Source: Syntrophorhabdaceae bacterium
Lineage (GTDB): Bacteria > Desulfobacterota > Syntrophorhabdia > Syntrophorhabdales > Syntrophorhabdaceae
DNA length: 64,000 nt
Reading direction: 5' to 3'
Assembly (NCBI GenBank): GCA_963666485.2
Contig: CAXXUO010000001.1
Location: forward strand, 1,216,001-1,280,000
The notes under the pieces are model-generated. The model saw only the letters and a list, made by a program, of their open reading frames with translations. It did no database searches and had not been told where the DNA came from. Position 1 is the stretch's first letter, and the number at the start of each line of letters is the position of its first letter. Both the position numbers and the translations under genes were made by a program. Shown here piece after piece: positions 1 through 9,198 of this stretch.

Positions 1-2211
1 GGTATCGAACACGAAATTGAATCCGACCTCCTTGAGCCCGGCGGAGATGACCGACATGACCGTGCTCGGCTCGAGGCCGTAGTATTGGCCGAAGGTCGCA
101 CGGACGGCCGGGGCGATCTGGGCCACGACGATGACATTGGGATCGTGCAGGGCACGATAGATCGTCGGTATGACAGGCTTGAAGGAGAGCGCCCCCGTCG
201 GGCATGCCGTCGCGCAGTGCCCGCAGGCGACGCACACCGTCATGTCGAGCGGGCGGTGATCGTTCGGCCCTATTGTCAGCACGTTGTCCGTCTCGTAGAA
301 AGACAGTGCGGACGACCCTTCCATCTCGCGGCAAACCTTGAGGCACAGGCCGCACAGGATGCATTTGCCGGGGTCGCGCACGATGAAGGGGTGATTATCG
401 TCTACCGGCAGGACCCGTGCCGTGGCGGGCTTTTCGGGTTCCACCTGGTATTCGCTCGCATGGCTCCGCAAGGTGCAGCCGTACCTTTCGATGCATCCGC
501 AGGAGAGACAGCGGGCCGCTTCCTGCATTGCGGTTTCGCCATCCCACGTCCGGGTACATTCCTCGAAGTCCGTTTTCCGTGTTTCCGTGTCGATCAGGGG
601 GATCTCATGACGCTCCAGAGGCGCAACCGATTTGAACTCGTCCGGTGAGATCTCGTCCCATCGACCCTTCGAGCAATTATACGGTTCGATGTCGGGAACG
701 GATTTTCCTGTCCGGAGATATTCGTCTATCTCGTAGGCGGCCTTCTTGCCTGCCCCGATCGCATTTATCGCGATATCCGGCCCGCTCACACAGTCGCCGC
801 CGGAGAACACGCCGGATATGGATGTTTCCATGGTACCTGTCACGACGATCGTGCCGTGTTTTGTCGTCAGGTCATCGCGCGCTATGCAGTCGTTGTCGAC
901 GATCTGGCCTATGGCGCTGATTATGGTCGAGCAGGGAAGGGCAAAGTCGGCCCTTTCGACGGGCACGGGCCGGCGCCTGCCGCTCGCATCGGGCTCGCCG
1001 AGCTCCATTTTCATGCAGACGAGAGATATTGCTCCATTTTCACGACTTATCGTTTTCGGGGCGGTGAGATACATCATCTTCACGCCTTCCTCGATCGCCT
1101 CCTCTATCTCGATATCTTCAGCCGGCATTTCGTTGCGTGTCCGGCGGTACGCGACGATAACGTTCCGGGAGCCGAGCCGGACCGCACTGCGCGCGGCGTC
1201 CATGGCGGTGTTGCCCCCTCCGAAGACGACGACGTTCTCCCCGAGGTCGGGCCTTTCATTCCGGGCACAGCGTGCGAGAAGATCGAGCCCTGTCATGACA
1301 CCCGGGGTGTCCTCGCCGGGTATGGCCATCCGGGATGATTTCTGGGCGCCTATCCCCAGGAATATCGCGTCGTAGCCCTCCCTTTTGAGAGACTGGATCG
1401 TGAAGTCCTTGCCCAGTTCCTTGCAGTACTGGATATCGATATCCAGGTTGAGAATGGCCCGTATCTCCCGTTCAAGGGTATCTTCGGGAAGCCGGTAGTA
1501 CGGGATGCCCCACCTGAGCATGCCTCCTGCGGCTTCCTGTTTTTCAAAGACGGTCACGCGGTGCCCCAGGCATTTCAGAAAATAGGCGCATGTAAGCCCG
1601 GCGGGCCCCGCACCGATCACCGCGACCCTTTTGCCCGTGTCCGGGAGGATCCTCGGTGTGTATTCCACCGCCTGGTAGCTATCGAAATCCCCGATGAACC
1701 TTTTCACCCCGTTGATGTTGACCGGCGAATCCACGGCATTCCTCCGGCATTCGGCTTCGCAGGGATGAGGGCAGACGCGGCCGCAGACGGACGGGAAAGG
1801 GTTGTTCTCCTTGATCACCCGCAGGGCCTCCACGAAGTTCCCGTTTGCGACGTGATAAAGGTACTTCTGGATATCGATATGGGCAGGGCAGCGCGTGACG
1901 CACGGTGCGACGCAATCGCCGTAATGGTTCCGTAAAAGGGCCTGGAGGTAGATCTTTCTGAAGCTTTCGAGGGCTTCCGACCGCGTGACGATCGTCATGC
2001 CGTCGGAGATGACGCTCCCCGTGGCCGATATTATGTGCGATCTTCCCCTGTCGAGGACCTCGACCATGGATATTTCGACATTCGTCGGGGGGCTTACCCG
2101 CGGGTCATATCCGAGGGTCGGTATATCTATCCCGTTCTCCCGCGCCGCATCGATGATCGTGCTCCCCTCGCGCGCCGTGCATATAATGTTATCTATTGTT
2201 ATCGTTGCCAT
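1..2211 (-). CDS. Partial (3' end outside window) fusion protein: degenerate 2Fe-2S domain + GltD/SfrB-like FAD/NAD(P)H oxidoreductase + 2x[4Fe-4S] + start of [FeFe]-hydrogenase H-cluster domain
   Basis: Not in the ORF track because it runs off the edge; translated by hand from ATG at 2211. Motifs: DCVAPCVTRCPAHID, CGRVCPHPCEAEC, GAGPAGL, GGGNTAMD, KCILCGLCLKVC, CVACGHCATACPTGAL, then VAQIAPAVR...GFNFVFDT. Confidence 0.85.
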   Translation of the reverse strand, partial: MATITIDNIICTAREGSTIIDAARENGIDIPTLGYDPRVSPPTNVEISMVEVLDRGRSHIISATGSVISDGMTIVTRSEALESFRKIYLQALLRNHYGDCVAPCVTRCPAHIDIQKYLYHVANGNFVEALRVIKENNPFPSVCGRVCPHPCEAECRRNAVDSPVNINGVKRFIGDFDSYQAVEYTPRILPDTGKRVAVIGAGPAGLTCAYFLKCLGHRVTVFEKQEAAGGMLRWGIPYYRLPEDTLEREIRAILNLDIDIQYCKELGKDFTIQSLKREGYDAIFLGIGAQKSSRMAIPGEDTPGVMTGLDLLARCARNERPDLGENVVVFGGGNTAMDAARSAVRLGSRNVIVAYRRTRNEMPAEDIEIEEAIEEGVKMMYLTAPKTISRENGAISLVCMKMELGEPDASGRRRPVPVERADFALPCSTIISAIGQIVDNDCIARDDLTTKHGTIVVTGTMETSISGVFSGGDCVSGPDIAINAIGAGKKAAYEIDEYLRTGKSVPDIEPYNCSKGRWDEISPDEFKSVAPLERHEIPLIDTETRKTDFEECTRTWDGETAMQEAARCLSCGCIERYGCTLRSHASEYQVEPEKPATARVLPVDDNHPFIVRDPGKCILCGLCLKVCREMEGSSALSFYETDNVLTIGPNDHRPLDMTVCVACGHCATACPTGALSFKPVIPTIYRALHDPNVIVVAQIAPAVRATFGQYYGLEPSTVMSVISAGLKEVGFNFVFDT

Positions 2212-2244
2212 GCGGTCCTCCGTATGCTAAAAAGCTCAAGATTA

Positions 2245-2260
2245 TACTGTATTCACAGTA
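2245..2260. promoter_or_regulatory. Palindrome TACTGT-N4-ACAGTA in the divergent intergenic region; possible operator
   Basis: Perfect 6-bp inverted arms between the oxidoreductase start and the hicB start. Confidence 0.35.
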
Positions 2261-2294
2261 GTTTGTAAAACGGGGCCCATGCCCGGGAGAAACG

Positions 2295-2492
2295 ATGAAA
2301 GAGATGAAATATAAGGATTATTTCGGATCGGTCAATTACAGCGACGCGGACGGGGTTTTTTACGGGAAACTGGAAGGCATACGCGATCTCGTCAGTTATG
2401 AAGGTCAGGACGTGGATTCCCTGCAAAGATCGTTCGAGCAGGTCGTGGATGATTATCTCGATTTTCTGTCCGGCAACGACCCGGATTGCTAA
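2295..2492 (+). CDS. HicB-family antitoxin, N-terminal domain only (65 aa)
   Basis: MKYKDYFGSVNYS..DGVFYGK..GIRDLVSYEG..V..L..SF...VDDYL pattern; no C-terminal DNA-binding domain. Confidence 0.75.
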   Translation: MKEMKYKDYFGSVNYSDADGVFYGKLEGIRDLVSYEGQDVDSLQRSFEQVVDDYLDFLSGNDPDC

Positions 2493-2501
2493 GGGGTTTT
2501 C

Positions 2502-3038
2502 TCAGTACCGCGCTTCATATTTTTCAGAATGTTTCCGGTGCTCGAACCAGTTTTCGCGGTACGCCTTCGCGATCTCCTTTGACCGGATCACGAGCAGGTT
2601 TTCCGCGTTCTTGTCCTGCGCGGCCTTCGTGAAGTTGAAGGAACCGGTTATTGTCGTTGCACCGTCTATAATAATGATCTTGTTGTGTGCTATTGCATGC
2701 TGGCTGTCTATATAGGTGGGTATCCTCATGTTCGCCAGGAACGTCGCCCATGAATATTTCGCCGTGCGCTGGCTCCTGTCGAGGATGGCCTCTACTTTAA
2801 CGCCCCTTTTATGCGCATTTACCAATGCCTTTCCTATTTCAGCAGAAGTAAATGAATATGCCTGAACGAGCACCTCGGACCGCGCCGCGTTGATCTCACT
2901 TATGATCCTGTCCGTGCAGGTGCCGCCCGGGGTGAAGCACAGGTCGATGGCGGCGCTTTTATCCTGTCCGGCGCCTGTTGCCGCGACGGGAAAGACCAGG
3001 AATAGGAGGGCAATGAGCCAAAAATACTGTCTGTTCAT
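2502..3038 (-). CDS. Phospholipase D-family (Nuc-like) endonuclease, secreted
   Basis: Signal peptide; FTPGG, QAYSFT, HNKIIIID...TGSFNFT and NAENL motifs. Confidence 0.9.
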   Translation of the reverse strand: MNRQYFWLIALLFLVFPVAATGAGQDKSAAIDLCFTPGGTCTDRIISEINAARSEVLVQAYSFTSAEIGKALVNAHKRGVKVEAILDRSQRTAKYSWATFLANMRIPTYIDSQHAIAHNKIIIIDGATTITGSFNFTKAAQDKNAENLLVIRSKEIAKAYRENWFEHRKHSEKYEARY

Positions 3039-3138
3039 ATAATGCTCATAATCCTAGTTAAAGGCGCGTCAAATGTCAATTGCACTTTCCTCTTGTAAAT
3101 GGCGCCGAATTGGAAGAAAATGAATAAAATATAAATTT

Positions 3139-3846
3139 ATGACCACACCGGACAAAAAAAGCCTGATCGTACTGCGCGACAAGCATCACGTGAGCAGGTA
3201 CCTCGATGAGATATCCCGCGATGACCTGGCCGCCCGCGTCATCATCGACGGGACGATAGTCCTCAACGACTGCGGGCTCGTTATCGGGGGATGCGGGTCG
3301 GAGATTGTCCTGGAAACAAACCTCACATCCGGGGAGTATCCCGAGACCGGCCACGCGGATGTCATATTTGCCGGGGATCTTACGATTTACAAGTTCAGCA
3401 CCACGATGCTCTCCATGGACATTACCCCGAAGAGGCGTATGCGCCTGACCCTGGCCATGCCCAAAACGATAACGAAAAAAGAACGGCGCAGGCATGTCCG
3501 GGTGAAGCCGCCCGAGGTGCATCCCGTTGCCGTGAGGGTCCTCGTCTCCAATTCGGAGACCATAGATGTCGAACCGGTCGATATTTCGCAGGGCGGAATA
3601 TCGTTCATGGTGACCGAGTACGTGACCCGCTTCAAATCCGGGGACCCGGTCGATCTCGTCATCACCATTCCCCGGGTGAAGAACCTTTCCGCGGGCGCCG
3701 TCATAAGGAACGTTATCCATCTCATCGATCTGACGAGGGTCGGTGCGGAGTTTTCGGTCCTCTCCGAAGAAGCCGCGAAGACTATCATCGAATACATCGA
3801 ACTGTGCGAGCAGCAGGTAGAAGAGGACGCATACGACGACGAATGA
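3139..3846 (+). CDS. PilZ-domain (c-di-GMP-binding) protein, YcgR-like
   Basis: ERRRHVR (RxxxR) and DISQGG (DxSxxG) motifs. Confidence 0.85.
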   Translation: MTTPDKKSLIVLRDKHHVSRYLDEISRDDLAARVIIDGTIVLNDCGLVIGGCGSEIVLETNLTSGEYPETGHADVIFAGDLTIYKFSTTMLSMDITPKRRMRLTLAMPKTITKKERRRHVRVKPPEVHPVAVRVLVSNSETIDVEPVDISQGGISFMVTEYVTRFKSGDPVDLVITIPRVKNLSAGAVIRNVIHLIDLTRVGAEFSVLSEEAAKTIIEYIELCEQQVEEDAYDDE

Positions 3847-4070
3847 GCGGCCTTCCCTGCCTGCGTCTTCGGGCGCCAAAGGCCGGTATCCGTGTAATCC
3901 TCCCACCCTTGAACTTGACGTAAGCACGTATCATCCATAGTTTTTCCTCAGTAAAACTGGCAATGGGCGGCAGGCGACAGGGTTGGTAAAATCCTTTCTT
4001 TCGCCTGCTGCCTGTCACGTAGATTTCCCTGGCCCGAACCGGAAAAATATAGGGGGGGTTACCCGCCGGT

Positions 4071-5915
4071 ATGATGAACTGTCCCGACGATCCGCTTGCA
4101 ATTGCTCGAAACTGCAGGCACTATGCTATGTGCAAGATCGATTTCCTGGGGACGGGAGTATGCGCGTCAGGCCTCGAAAACCATTACGTCAGCTTTTACC
4201 CGGAAGGCAGGATGGACCTCTATGCGGCCCTTGTAAAGGGCGTAGTCCCCGTGACCGGGCAGTGCGTGGCGATAGCTGACGGCTGCGATCTGTGCGGCAG
4301 ATGCGACTACCAGTGCGCATTCGTGACGGGCATGAGGCCGACGCGGGTCATGGCGGCGCTCAAGGCGCTCGTAGCGGACCACCTCGCCGCGGGAAAGAAG
4401 GTCATCGGGCCCGCCCGGGACCGCTTGCTCAAGGAGATACAGGACATTGTGGGCGTGAGGTGGGCAACGAATGACAGGGCGATTGCCTCGGCGTACGCGT
4501 ACGACCCGTCGCCGTTCGCCGAAACCATACTTCCGAGGCTCGTCGTCATGCCGGGGAGCACGGACGAGATATCCGCCGTCATAAGGCTGCTTTCCCGGGA
4601 GCATGTCCCTTTTGCTGCCCGCGCTTCCGGCACGAACCTCATGGGCTTTACGTTGACGGAAGGTGCAGTGATCGACTTCAGCAGGATGACGACGGTCGAT
4701 TTTGACGAGACTTCGTGGTCGGTGAAGATAGGTCCGGGCGTATCCGCTTTCGAGCTGCAAAAGCAGGCCCTCGAGAGAGGATACCGGGTCAACGTCGCTG
4801 AGCCGGCGGCACTCGTGTGCGGAAGCATGATGTGCATGGGCATAGTCTCCCTGTTCGCCCCGGCATACGGCGCATCCGCGGACAATTATGTCAATGCCGA
4901 GTTCGTCGGAAATGACGGGTCCGTTTTCACGCTGAACGACAGGGATGCCCCGAACCTTTTCTCTTATAACCGGGCCGGTGCACAAAGCCCGGGGATATGT
5001 TCCTCTCTTAAGGTGAAGCTCCACCCGGTGCTCGATGACGAAAGCGGTGTCCTCGTGCCGTTCGGGGCCCTTCAAGAAGCCATACATTTTTCGAAAGAAT
5101 GCGCGGTACGGCGCATCGGGTTCGCCATAGGCATCCTTGGGGCCGAATATCTGGCATCGTTCATGTCGCCCTCACAAGAAGTCTCCCGGGACGTGAAAAA
5201 GGTCCTGGCCGAAAAACTGGGTATAAAATATACGGTCCTCATTCTCGGTGACTCTTATGCAATGAAAAATATCAGGGAAATGGGACACCCGGTCATCGAC
5301 CAGGAGCTTTTCAGGGTTCTTAGCCTGGGCCTGCCGCGGATGATCCAGGCGGAATGGGTCGACCTCATTGCCGGCCTCGATAGTGATCGGCCGTTTTCCT
5401 ATCTCGATGCGGCGGGTTTTACAGACCTCGCTTCGACGGCCCTGTCCCCGTCCGCCTCGCAGATAGCATCCCTGTTCGATCCCGACCTCAAAGATATGTT
5501 CGAAAGGGTCTATGCGCGCGATGAACTGACGGACCTTGTCTGGCTCAATATGTTCAGGGTGGTCAGCTCCCGGATCGGGCGTGAGCGGAATTTCTTCCCC
5601 TTCCTCATGTACATACCGATGACGCATGAAAGTATCGAAGAGATACAGCACGGGCTGCGAGATATAGCCCGGTCACGCCATCTCGGGAACGCCTTCGGTT
5701 TTGTCACACCCGTTGATATGGGCAAAAGGTGCATCCTCGAATATGATTATTTCTTTGACCAGACGGACGCCGGCGAAAGGGACCGGCTTATGGGCGCTGC
5801 TTTAGATGCCGGCACATTCCTTGATGACATATCGGCGCGCACGGGCACGCTGCGCTGGACCAAACATATATTTCAGCAAGGGTACTGCAGAAAGGACAAC
5901 CTGCTCTACGCGTAG
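4071..5915 (+). CDS. FAD-binding (VAO/PCMH-type) oxidoreductase with N-terminal Fe-S domain
   Basis: CDLCGRCDYQC cluster motif; P..VV.PGSTDEISAVI...VPF.ARASGTNL and IGPGV FAD-binding segments. Confidence 0.8.
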   Translation: MMNCPDDPLAIARNCRHYAMCKIDFLGTGVCASGLENHYVSFYPEGRMDLYAALVKGVVPVTGQCVAIADGCDLCGRCDYQCAFVTGMRPTRVMAALKALVADHLAAGKKVIGPARDRLLKEIQDIVGVRWATNDRAIASAYAYDPSPFAETILPRLVVMPGSTDEISAVIRLLSREHVPFAARASGTNLMGFTLTEGAVIDFSRMTTVDFDETSWSVKIGPGVSAFELQKQALERGYRVNVAEPAALVCGSMMCMGIVSLFAPAYGASADNYVNAEFVGNDGSVFTLNDRDAPNLFSYNRAGAQSPGICSSLKVKLHPVLDDESGVLVPFGALQEAIHFSKECAVRRIGFAIGILGAEYLASFMSPSQEVSRDVKKVLAEKLGIKYTVLILGDSYAMKNIREMGHPVIDQELFRVLSLGLPRMIQAEWVDLIAGLDSDRPFSYLDAAGFTDLASTALSPSASQIASLFDPDLKDMFERVYARDELTDLVWLNMFRVVSSRIGRERNFFPFLMYIPMTHESIEEIQHGLRDIARSRHLGNAFGFVTPVDMGKRCILEYDYFFDQTDAGERDRLMGAALDAGTFLDDISARTGTLRWTKHIFQQGYCRKDNLLYA

Positions 5916-5925
5916 GCTGGCATTT

Positions 5926-7119
5926 ATGAGCATGGCCGGACATGACCATCAAACCTGTATGATAACCGGTGCCACAGGGTTTCTCGGCAGCCACCTGATG
6001 GCCATGCTTCTGCTTAAGGGGTGCCGCGTTCTTGTTGTCGGCCGTTCGTCGGATGGAATGCCGATAGCGGAAAGGATCTTGCACCTCATTGACTGGTTTC
6101 GTATCAAGGGCTTGTCGCCTCAAGTAAAGGTCTTCGAAAGCAACCTTGGCAAGCCGGGACTTGGCCTTGGCCGGGATGCTTACCGGGAGATTCGCGCGGC
6201 AAGACCGGTTGTCATCCACTGTGCATCGGATACCCGGTTCTCCGAGAGGAACCGCTCGTCCTCCGTGGATACGAATGTCCGTGCCCTGTCGGGGATCATT
6301 GGCCTCGCCGGAGATTGCGCCTCGCCGTTCTTTCATCATATAAGTACCGCCTATGTGGCCGGGGATTCTTCATCACGCCCGCGCGAGGTGCCCGTTGCCG
6401 ATCATGTGTTTTCCAACGTGTACGAGGAAACGAAAGCGGCGGCCGAAAGAGAGGTCTCCCGTCAGTGCGCGGGTTGCGGGATCCCCTACACGATCACCCG
6501 TCCTTCGATCGTTTACGGCGATTCGAGATCAGGAAGATCGAACCGTTTCAACGCCCTCTATTACCATGTGCGGTCGCTCAAGGTGATCCGCGACATCTAC
6601 CTCGCGGATATCCGTGAACACGCAGGGACACGGTCGCAGGCCCTCGGCATTCACCTTGGCGCCAATGGCACGCTGCGCTTGCCGCTGCGTATTCTCCTCG
6701 AAAACACAGGGCGTGTGAACCTTATACCGGTAGACCATTTCACCGCCGTCATGGACAGGATACTTCAGCGGGGTAAGCCAGGGACCATCTATCATATTAC
6801 CGATGATGATCCCAGGAGCACCGAAGAGCTCGCGGCATACGCCGGCAGATTCCTGAACCTGCAGGGGATAGAGGTCGTATACGGGAGCCGGGCGAGCGAA
6901 GCGGACTTGAATCCGCCCGAAGAGCTCTTCAACAGGCTGATCGGGCCGTACCGGCCCTATCTCAGCGATACGCGGCGTTTCGACAGGAGCAACACGCTCG
7001 AAGTGGCGAACGGGATCAAGGCCCCGGGGATGACCTACGAAGTATTCGAACGATGCATGAATTACGCCATCGGCGTATCATGGGGAAAGGCCGGCCCGCT
7101 CACGGGAAGAGTGGCGTAA
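5926..7119 (+). CDS. Extended SDR, NAD_binding_4 / thioester- or fatty acyl-CoA-reductase-like
   Basis: TGATGFLG, HISTAYV, YEETK (YxxxK) and RPSIVYGD motifs; start chosen at ATG 5926, just after the upstream stop. Confidence 0.8.
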   Translation: MSMAGHDHQTCMITGATGFLGSHLMAMLLLKGCRVLVVGRSSDGMPIAERILHLIDWFRIKGLSPQVKVFESNLGKPGLGLGRDAYREIRAARPVVIHCASDTRFSERNRSSSVDTNVRALSGIIGLAGDCASPFFHHISTAYVAGDSSSRPREVPVADHVFSNVYEETKAAAEREVSRQCAGCGIPYTITRPSIVYGDSRSGRSNRFNALYYHVRSLKVIRDIYLADIREHAGTRSQALGIHLGANGTLRLPLRILLENTGRVNLIPVDHFTAVMDRILQRGKPGTIYHITDDDPRSTEELAAYAGRFLNLQGIEVVYGSRASEADLNPPEELFNRLIGPYRPYLSDTRRFDRSNTLEVANGIKAPGMTYEVFERCMNYAIGVSWGKAGPLTGRVA

Positions 7120-7190
7120 CACTCCGGTATTGTTATGAAAACCTGAAGCTTGAACGCGAGGCTGCTTTTCGGGTTATACTACAGGCTGAA

Positions 7191-9194
7191 ATGGCCATCG
7201 GGGACCTCAAGGAACACCTCAACGAAAGGCAGTACGAAGCCGTAACGACGATTGACGGCCCGGTGCTCGTCATAGCGGGCGCGGGCAGCGGCAAGACGCG
7301 CGTCATCGAATACAGGGTCGTGCACCTTGTCGAAAGGGGCGTTGACCCTCAGTCGATCCTGCTCCTTACCTTTACGCGGCGGGCCGCACGCGAGATGACC
7401 GGCCGTGCCGCACGGCATGACCCGCGCTGTGAGGGTATTGAAGGGGGCACCTTCCATTCTTTCGCCAACAAGATGCTGCGGAGATACAGCGATTTTTTCG
7501 GTCTTCCTGACGCGTTCACCATTTATGACGAGGCAGATGCACAGGAGGCCATCCACCGGTGCGCGGCGGGCCTCGGCTTCTATGAGCGGCAGAAAAGGCG
7601 CCCCCGGAAAGATATGCTCAGGAAGATACTCAGCATGGCGGCAAACAAGGAGATAACGATTGACGGCGTCCTGCAGAGGCATTATCCGGAATTCTTCCCC
7701 TTCTCGGATGAGATACAGGAACTGCGTCGAAAATACACCGAATTCAAGGTGACCTCGCAGTGCCTCGATTACGATGACCTCCTTCTCTATTTCAAGCTCC
7801 TTCTCGAGGACGATGCGATCAGGCCGGCTATTGCCGGCCGCTACCGCTATATTATGGTCGATGAATACCAGGACACGAACGCAATGCAGGGCGACATCAC
7901 ACTGGCCCTCGCGTCGCACCACGGCAACATCCTTGCGGTCGGTGATGATGCGCAGTCAATATATTCATTCAGGGGCACGTCACGGGAGAACATAATGAGT
8001 TTTCCGGCACGTTTCCCGGGATGCCGGGTGATCAAGCTGGAGGATAATTACCGGAGCACACAGGCCATTCTCGATGTGGGGAATGCCATTCTCGATACCA
8101 TGGCGAACAAATATGAGAAATGCCTGAAGGCCGCCGCAAAAGACCGCGGGGAAAAACCACGCCTGATCTTTTCCCGCGATGCGCACGAGGAGGCCGCATG
8201 GGTCGTGGATACGATCAAGCAATGCTACGACCAGGGGATGGAACTGTCCCACCAGTGCATCCTGTTCAGGTCATCCTACATTACCATCCCGGTCCAGGCC
8301 GAGCTCGGCAGGCGCAATATACCTTTCGCCGTGTACGGCGGCCTTAAGTTTTATGAGACGGCACATGTCAGGGACCTCCTCGCGCACCTGAAGCTCTTTG
8401 TCAACCCGAAGGATGAGCTCGCGTGGAGCCGCGTCCTGCTTTTGATACCGGGGGTAGGGCCGAAGACTGCCGAAAAGATGATCGCCGGGATAGCGCCCTG
8501 CGCCGACCTTCATGCAATAAAAACGCGTGTTATCGATGAATACGCCCGCTCGGGTGCCTCAAGGGGCCTTCAACGCCTCGCGGACCTTCTCGAGGCCGCC
8601 TCAGCCGGACCCGGCGATATCTGCCTTAAAGTTATCGGGTACTACGAGCCTATCCTGCGAGAAAAATTTGACCTCGACTATAATCTGAGGAAGAACGACC
8701 TCGATGCCCTTGCCCAGATATCGGGGCGCTATGAAACGGTCCATGACTTTCTTGCGGACCTTGCGATCGAGCCGCCGGAACGCGGTGTTAAGGATTTTCA
8801 TGACACGATATGGGAGAGGCCCCTCATTATGTCGACGATCCACTCGGCCAAGGGCCTTGAATGGCGCAACGTTTTCCTGATCGGGGCGATCGACGGCGTT
8901 CTGCCGTCGAGCTATACGACACGCGACGAAGAGGCCCTTGAGGAGGAACGCAGGCTCCTGTACGTGGCGGTGACCCGCGCCCGCGAAAATCTCTACATAC
9001 TCGCGCACCATGAAGGCCGCAACAACGGGATCCACACGTTCAACAGGCTTTCCCGTTTTATCGAGGCAGGCGGTGTGAGGGCATGCCTCGACGAAAAATA
9101 CGGCCCGCAGCCGGGCCGCACCGCGGTCACCGGGAACGGGGAATCCCTGAGCAAGGCCGATCTTCTCGAAAAATTACTGGGAAAAATGAAATAG
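7191..9194 (+). CDS. UvrD/PcrA/Rep-family ATP-dependent DNA helicase
   Basis: AGAGSGKT, DEYQD, VGDDAQSIYSFRG, NYRS, TIHSAKGLE and YVAVTRA motifs. Confidence 0.93.
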   Translation: MAIGDLKEHLNERQYEAVTTIDGPVLVIAGAGSGKTRVIEYRVVHLVERGVDPQSILLLTFTRRAAREMTGRAARHDPRCEGIEGGTFHSFANKMLRRYSDFFGLPDAFTIYDEADAQEAIHRCAAGLGFYERQKRRPRKDMLRKILSMAANKEITIDGVLQRHYPEFFPFSDEIQELRRKYTEFKVTSQCLDYDDLLLYFKLLLEDDAIRPAIAGRYRYIMVDEYQDTNAMQGDITLALASHHGNILAVGDDAQSIYSFRGTSRENIMSFPARFPGCRVIKLEDNYRSTQAILDVGNAILDTMANKYEKCLKAAAKDRGEKPRLIFSRDAHEEAAWVVDTIKQCYDQGMELSHQCILFRSSYITIPVQAELGRRNIPFAVYGGLKFYETAHVRDLLAHLKLFVNPKDELAWSRVLLLIPGVGPKTAEKMIAGIAPCADLHAIKTRVIDEYARSGASRGLQRLADLLEAASAGPGDICLKVIGYYEPILREKFDLDYNLRKNDLDALAQISGRYETVHDFLADLAIEPPERGVKDFHDTIWERPLIMSTIHSAKGLEWRNVFLIGAIDGVLPSSYTTRDEEALEEERRLLYVAVTRARENLYILAHHEGRNNGIHTFNRLSRFIEAGGVRACLDEKYGPQPGRTAVTGNGESLSKADLLEKLLGKMK

Positions 9195-9198
9195 CGGT

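Noticed and set aside
2245..2260. LexA (SOS) box
   Set aside because: The spacing is CTGT-N4-ACAG, not the N8 of the E. coli-type box.
2502..9194. PLD nuclease plus UvrD helicase as an anti-phage defence system
   Set aside because: The genes are 4 kb apart on opposite strands, the nuclease has a signal peptide, and unrelated genes lie between them.
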